Source: a virus (lineage: Duplodnaviria > Caudoviricetes). Taken from it: a stretch of 64,000 nt of DNA. Position numbers and translations under genes: made by a program. Of the stretch, positions 58,686 to 64,000 are shown one piece after another. The notes below the pieces were generated by a model. It saw only the letters and a program-made list of their open reading frames with translations. It was not told the DNA's origin and searched no databases. The stretch lies in the IMG/VR virus record IMGVR_UViG_3300049892_000014, positions 40,913 to 104,912 of that record; one strand, written 5' to 3'. Each line of letters opens with the position of its first letter. Position 1 is the stretch's first letter.

Positions 58686-59308
58686 TGTCGATCACAGTAC
58701 AAGAAATCACTGATAAAGTAGCCTTAGATTTGCAGGAAAATTCTAGTTTCAGTACTGGATTATGGACTCTATCTGAGATATATGGGTATATCAATTATGC
58801 TCTGCGACAATTCCTGAACGATACATCAGTTGTGATTATAGATGAATCTACTACATCCGTGATAGGTCAAAAGGAATACGAAAAACCTGCTACGGCTGGA
58901 GATATTGATAGGATAGGATATAATGGAAAACGTGTAAGACGTGTATCGTTATTCGACTTAATGTCGATAGATCCATCCTGGAGGTCTCAATCTGGAGTTC
59001 CAAAGTTTTATCATGAGGATGGAACGTCTAGCGTTACATCTTATGAATTAGATCGGTCACCAACAAAAGCTGGAACTCTAAGAGTCTTTGCTGATCTACT
59101 ACACTATGAAGTGACTCAGCCATCAGATACTTTGGATATACCAGACTGTTGGGAACCGTACATAAGATGGGAAGTATTATCGTATGCATTACAGAAAGAT
59201 GGAGAAGCGCAAGATTTAGCACGGGCAGATTGGGCGCATAAGAAGTATATTTTTGGAGTAAGTCTGGCGCAGAAGATGGTCGCCGGTATGTCTGACGTTC
59301 CCGTTTAA
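58685..59308 (+). CDS. head-tail adaptor-like protein
   Basis: WT.SEI..YIN.A, W....G.P, AL.KDGE. Confidence 0.55.
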   Translation: MSITVQEITDKVALDLQENSSFSTGLWTLSEIYGYINYALRQFLNDTSVVIIDESTTSVIGQKEYEKPATAGDIDRIGYNGKRVRRVSLFDLMSIDPSWRSQSGVPKFYHEDGTSSVTSYELDRSPTKAGTLRVFADLLHYEVTQPSDTLDIPDCWEPYIRWEVLSYALQKDGEAQDLARADWAHKKYIFGVSLAQKMVAGMSDVPV

Positions 59309-59319
59309 GAGGAATATAT

Positions 59320-62300
59320 ATGTCTAATAGACAGATTCAATCATTTCCATACACGATGGGCAACCAGGGTATTTTACTAAAATCCTCTGCTGACGAAGTA
59401 CCGCTTACTGCATATTCTGCTTTGTATAACGCATTTACTGATCGTGAGAATACTCTAACCATTCGACGTGGATGGGCTAGAATTGGTACTACTATACATG
59501 ATGATAACGCTCCTAATGGATATCTAAAAGCAAGTTCTGGATCTTATAGATACGCCCGATCTGGTGATAATTGGGTTCGAGCGAACATTGCCGGAGACTA
59601 CGTATCCATAGCGTCTGGGTTGTCTGGTAATCCCGCTATAACTACAATAGCTAATCTAGGGGTTAGCCCGTATATCTTTCTGGCTGACGGAACTAAATTT
59701 TTAAAAGACTACGGTATTGGAAACGCCAGCCCAGTAGGCCTAGATCTACCTACAGTTAGCTTGACCGCCGCTAAGGCGTCTGTTACTGGCTTAGATTATG
59801 TAAATATAGAAAACTTCTCTAGTGGCATAGGGCTATGGTCTGTTTCTACGTTAGCTGGTGGAGGTACTGGTAGCCAGTCTCAGGTATCTGGATATACAGA
59901 CAATGCGTTAAGGGTTACGGCTTCAGCGGCCAGTACGGTTGTTAGATCTAAGAAAAATATGGACCTTGATCTAGGGGCTGACGATGATCTTACAATACAA
60001 ATATACTGCAAATGGCCGACAGATACAGACGCTACAAATGTGAGATCTTTTTCGTTGAAGTTTTCTCTTGGCGATACTAACTTCACCACTACTTATGAGA
60101 AGACTTTCTCTTCTCATCCAATGCAAACTGCGATCACTTCTAATACATATCCAAACATCACCCTGGAAGCTGCTAGGCAGTTGATGCAGAATAACGTATC
60201 ATTCTACGATTCTCAAGATAAGTGGCAGAAACTACTACAAGCACGTAGAGATGCGTATCAACAGACTAATCAATTTGCTGCGGCGAATGTTCCAGTTGGA
60301 TCTGGGGTCTGGAATCAACTAAGAGTTAAGAAGAGTGACTTCATTAGAAAGGGTATATCACTAGCTACTAATAGTGCGTTAACTTGGGCTAATGTTAAGG
60401 CGGTAGGAATTGAACTTATAACAAATACTACCGGAGCTGGAAGTGTCGATATAGACTTGATAGCCTATAGATCTAAGGGGCAGATTACTGGATCTAATAT
60501 GGCATATACATTTACATACTATGATAGCTCTACGGATACCGAAGGAGATTACGCAGATATCACAGAAGTACCCATCCCTGGAGCTGATGGAGATCAATTT
60601 GCAATAACATTTACCGACACTCCTCCATCTAACGCTACCCATAGACGACTGTATCGAATGGGTGGATTGGTCGAACAATTTCAATTAGTTGATGAGATAG
60701 ATATATCAACGCTATCATATGTAGATAATCTTCCAGATCTATCTTTGGGCGATGCTCTTAATGTCGACAACCAAGACGCTCCAGGAGTACCAGATGGCGT
60801 AGTGGCGTATGATAATAGATTATTTATCTGGGGAGTCTCTGGGGAACCTGGCAATAGACTTCGTTATAGCAAAAGAAATAAGGTAGAAAATTTTCCTACA
60901 GACTACTGGATTCCAGTTGGCCCTGGATCTGAAACTATCCAGAGTTGCGTTGACTATGATGGAGAATTATATATATTCACGTTGACAAACGTGTATAGAT
61001 TGATAGGTACCGACGAAAACAGTTACAGGGTTATAAGTACGCAGATTAACATTGGACTAGTTTCTCCTTTCGGATTAGCTAGATCTATTACTGCATTATA
61101 CATGGCCAGCCAGGATGGCATCTATGAATTCCCATCTGGTAAGAGAATATCAGAGGCAATTAACCCACTGTGGAGAGGGCAGATTGTTAATGGCATATCT
61201 CCAGTTGACACAGACTTACTTGGTTCTATTGCATTGGCTTATTTTAATCAAAGGATTTACTTTAGCTACCAAGAAAATGCGTCTTCAGATGGAAATGATA
61301 AAACTCTAGTCTATGATCTTGGGTATGAAAGATGGCATCTATATGGGTATGGAGTAACTGAATTCTATCCAGAGCCAGCAGATACTGAAGTCGAAAAAGA
61401 GGCTATGCTATTAGGTGGAGTGTTACTTGGAGATCCGTCTTCTAGCCAGGGTAGTTATATTCACGTCTTAGATTATGGAACAGTTGACCATCAACTAGTA
61501 GGTGTTCGTGGCGTAACCTGGAATATGACCACTAAGGAATTAGATCTTGGTGCGGCAGATTCAGAGAAACAGTTCATTGACCTTGTTGTTGACATGGATA
61601 CTGGCAATTCTGACGTTCTCGTACAGTACGCATTGGATCTAGGCTCGCTGGATACCGCTTCTCCTTCGTATACGACGCTAGGAACAATAACTGGCAATGC
61701 AAATGGACGAAGCCAGTACATACTACCATTTCCCGACACAACTGCTAATAGTGTGTACGGAAGAAGGATTGTAATAAAATTAAGCGGAACCACGTCCACG
61801 TCAGCAACTCTTAATAGCCAACTGAAAATCTTTAAAATTATACCAAGATTTTTAGTGGAACCAGTTAGGCATAAGAGTTTTGTGACAGACTGGGCAGACG
61901 AAGGTAATGCTTCAGATAAGATATGGAGAGAACTTCATATAGAGTATAATTCATACGGGGCGGCTCCTACTATTAAGCTAGAAGTTGATGGTGCGGAAGT
62001 CTATTCCTTTACTGGTACAGCTGTGAGTTATAGAAAGAAGTTCTATTACTCATTCCCAGTCACGGCAGATATGATTGGAACAATGGCCCGTATTAAGCTA
62101 GATATGGGAAGTAATGAGATCAAAGTGTATGACTATGCCATTACTTCTATACCAGTAGCTAATCCTGTCACAACCTTTGAGACTGCATGGTCTGATGAGG
62201 GTGCGGCTAATATCTTTAAGAGATTTAGAAAGGTTGTAGTTGAAGTAGACAACATAAGCGGTGGAACAATCACAGTTACCCCTGAGATTGACGGGGTCCA

Positions 62301-63366
62301 GAAGACTCCTTTCAACATTACAGCTTCCGGTAGGCAGGAATATGTTTATAGTTTTCCTGCTGATACGACTGGATATCTCTGGAGAATAACCGTTTCAACT
62401 ACAACAACCATGAGGTTTTATGGTGCCAAGGTAGAGGCTTTGCCTGATCCAACTCATGGTACTACGTATGAAAGTGCGTGGTCGATTGAAGGCACCGCCA
62501 ATCGAAAGAGGTTTAGGGATATCCTACTAGACGTCGACACTCAGGGTCAAAATATTACATTAACCCCATGGGTTGATGGCACTGCTTTAACGCCATTTAC
62601 AGTGAATACGGCTACACGTCAGACTGTTATTCTTAGTCTACCCGTAGACACTACCGGTATTCTTTGCAGGATTACATCTTCTTCTAGCTCCTTTCATACT
62701 ATATATAACCATAGTTTTACATACACCGAGGAGCCGCATTTCAGTACGATTAAAGAAACAGTCTGGACCGATGAATCATGGCCTTATGATAAATTATGGA
62801 AACATGTACTTCTTGATGTAGATACTCAGGGTCAGGATGCTACTGTTGAATTTTGGCTGGACGGTGTTGTTAGTAAAACCTGGACTGTAAACACATCTTC
62901 AAGAGCGCTTTTAACACATAGCCTTGGACAAGATGTAATAGGAAAATTAGCCAGAATTACAGTTGATGGAGTTGAGACACAACTATTTGGAGCGAAGTTT
63001 GCATTTGATCAGGAGCCACCAGATATCACAGTAGCTGATAGTTATGAGCAAACATTCGGGTACGATGGATGGAAACTATTAAAGAGAATATATTGCGCCA
63101 TAAAAGCTCCGTCTACAGTTACCATTCAGGTATATGCCGATGAGGTATTAAGAGATACTGTAACAGTTCAATCTGATTTAACCTCCGGCTATGCGAAGGT
63201 ACGAGTTGATCTTAATGCAGCTATTAAGGGCAAATTATATAGATTTGTCTTTACATCCTCTGAATCGTTTAAGTTATATTGGGAGAAGTCTCAAGTAGAG
63301 ATGAAGCCTCAAAATACAAATGATGGATGGGGATTGTATAAGTTTAATCCTCCACAGGCATATTAA
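59320..63366 (+). CDS. tail nozzle/tube protein (P22 gp10 / T7 gp12-like) with C-terminal repeats
   Basis: YDNRLF, LRYSK...E.FP, propeller-like repeats; follows adaptors. Confidence 0.65.
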   Translation: MSNRQIQSFPYTMGNQGILLKSSADEVPLTAYSALYNAFTDRENTLTIRRGWARIGTTIHDDNAPNGYLKASSGSYRYARSGDNWVRANIAGDYVSIASGLSGNPAITTIANLGVSPYIFLADGTKFLKDYGIGNASPVGLDLPTVSLTAAKASVTGLDYVNIENFSSGIGLWSVSTLAGGGTGSQSQVSGYTDNALRVTASAASTVVRSKKNMDLDLGADDDLTIQIYCKWPTDTDATNVRSFSLKFSLGDTNFTTTYEKTFSSHPMQTAITSNTYPNITLEAARQLMQNNVSFYDSQDKWQKLLQARRDAYQQTNQFAAANVPVGSGVWNQLRVKKSDFIRKGISLATNSALTWANVKAVGIELITNTTGAGSVDIDLIAYRSKGQITGSNMAYTFTYYDSSTDTEGDYADITEVPIPGADGDQFAITFTDTPPSNATHRRLYRMGGLVEQFQLVDEIDISTLSYVDNLPDLSLGDALNVDNQDAPGVPDGVVAYDNRLFIWGVSGEPGNRLRYSKRNKVENFPTDYWIPVGPGSETIQSCVDYDGELYIFTLTNVYRLIGTDENSYRVISTQINIGLVSPFGLARSITALYMASQDGIYEFPSGKRISEAINPLWRGQIVNGISPVDTDLLGSIALAYFNQRIYFSYQENASSDGNDKTLVYDLGYERWHLYGYGVTEFYPEPADTEVEKEAMLLGGVLLGDPSSSQGSYIHVLDYGTVDHQLVGVRGVTWNMTTKELDLGAADSEKQFIDLVVDMDTGNSDVLVQYALDLGSLDTASPSYTTLGTITGNANGRSQYILPFPDTTANSVYGRRIVIKLSGTTSTSATLNSQLKIFKIIPRFLVEPVRHKSFVTDWADEGNASDKIWRELHIEYNSYGAAPTIKLEVDGAEVYSFTGTAVSYRKKFYYSFPVTADMIGTMARIKLDMGSNEIKVYDYAITSIPVANPVTTFETAWSDEGAANIFKRFRKVVVEVDNISGGTITVTPEIDGVQKTPFNITASGRQEYVYSFPADTTGYLWRITVSTTTTMRFYGAKVEALPDPTHGTTYESAWSIEGTANRKRFRDILLDVDTQGQNITLTPWVDGTALTPFTVNTATRQTVILSLPVDTTGILCRITSSSSSFHTIYNHSFTYTEEPHFSTIKETVWTDESWPYDKLWKHVLLDVDTQGQDATVEFWLDGVVSKTWTVNTSSRALLTHSLGQDVIGKLARITVDGVETQLFGAKFAFDQEPPDITVADSYEQTFGYDGWKLLKRIYCAIKAPSTVTIQVYADEVLRDTVTVQSDLTSGYAKVRVDLNAAIKGKLYRFVFTSSESFKLYWEKSQVEMKPQNTNDGWGLYKFNPPQAY

Positions 63367-63368
63367 TT

Positions 63369-64000
63369 ATGACTAATATAGATATCTCCAACGGAAGAAT
63401 AGTCACTCAAAATGTGAAGAAAGTTCCAACTCAGGACGCTATGCTTCGTGGATCGCAAGGTGGTCTGGGGCCAACAGGAGTAACGGGACCGCAGGGTGTT
63501 ATTGGTCCTACTGGGCAAACTGGACCAATCGGAGTTACCGGAGCTGGGGTAACTGGAGCTACTGGGCCTAGTGGAGACGCTGGAGTAAATGGAGTAACTG
63601 GAGTTACGGGAGTTACGGGTGTTACCGGAGCTGGGGTAACTGGAGTAACCGGTGTCACTGGAGTTAGTGGAATAGATGGTATTACTGGGCCTAACGGTAT
63701 TACTGGAGTAACCGGTGTCACAGGTGTCACTGGCGTCACTGGTCCTTTAGGTGAGACTGGCCCAGCTGGAGGTCCAACCGGTGTTACTGGAGTTACAGGT
63801 GTTACTGGAGCTACTGGAGCTACTGGACCAACTGGGAATATAGTAAGCATATATAGCACTGCCGGAGCTACTGGAGTATGGACTAAAAATGCTGGGACTA
63901 AAGCTATCACTGTAGTATTAGTAGGTGGAGGAGGCGGTGGCGGCGGTGGGGCATCTGGTGCATCCGGTGCTATACGACAGCGTGGATGCGGAGGTGGAGG
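63369..64000 (+). CDS. collagen-like tail fibre (runs off window)
   Basis: G-X-T repeats (GVT/GPT/GAT) followed by Gly-rich [14 protein letters not shown] domain; no stop before window end. Confidence 0.8.
   Translation, partial: MTNIDISNGRIVTQNVKKVPTQDAMLRGSQGGLGPTGVTGPQGVIGPTGQTGPIGVTGAGVTGATGPSGDAGVNGVTGVTGVTGVTGAGVTGVTGVTGVSGIDGITGPNGITGVTGVTGVTGVTGPLGETGPAGGPTGVTGVTGVTGATGATGPTGNIVSIYSTAGATGVWTKNAGTKAITVVLVGGGGGGGGGASGASGAIRQRGCGGG

Noticed and set aside
63431-63910. Minus-strand PVT-repeat ORF
   Set aside because: Antisense shadow of the plus-strand collagen-like gene

Overview
64 kb of a large tailed bacteriophage genome, probably podovirus-like, read in standard code 11. No host chromosome is evident. 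Layout: (i) a leftward early/accessory arm (about 1.5-25.6 kb) with PNKP, SNF2 helicase, a tyrosine recombinase, radical SAM enzymes, a MoxR AAA/VWA pair, primase, DUF932, NADAR and many small ORFans; (ii) a divergent non-coding control region near 25.8-26.1 kb; (iii) a rightward middle region with an AAA ATPase, lytic transglycosylase, GGQ release-factor-like protein, nine tRNAs, two RNA ligases, HD/MazG/ThyX/DUF5664 nucleotide enzymes and bacterioferritin; (iv) a morphogenesis module (terminase, portal, scaffold, capsid, two triplets of capsid-associated paralogs, adaptors, nozzle, collagen-like fibre). The most striking unannotated signals are: an 83-nt tmRNA reduced to its tRNA-like domain near a GGQ peptidyl-tRNA hydrolase; about 13 otherwise unrelated small proteins sharing one C-terminal helix and clustered next to AAA+ ATPases; nine covarying hairpin leaders in front of early genes; a ~1 kb ORF-free structured RNA plus several smaller ncRNAs; a genome-wide 14-bp palindrome; and a recurring RNA internal-loop module in the scaffold and capsid leaders. 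All assignments are by eye from motifs; no database searches were run.
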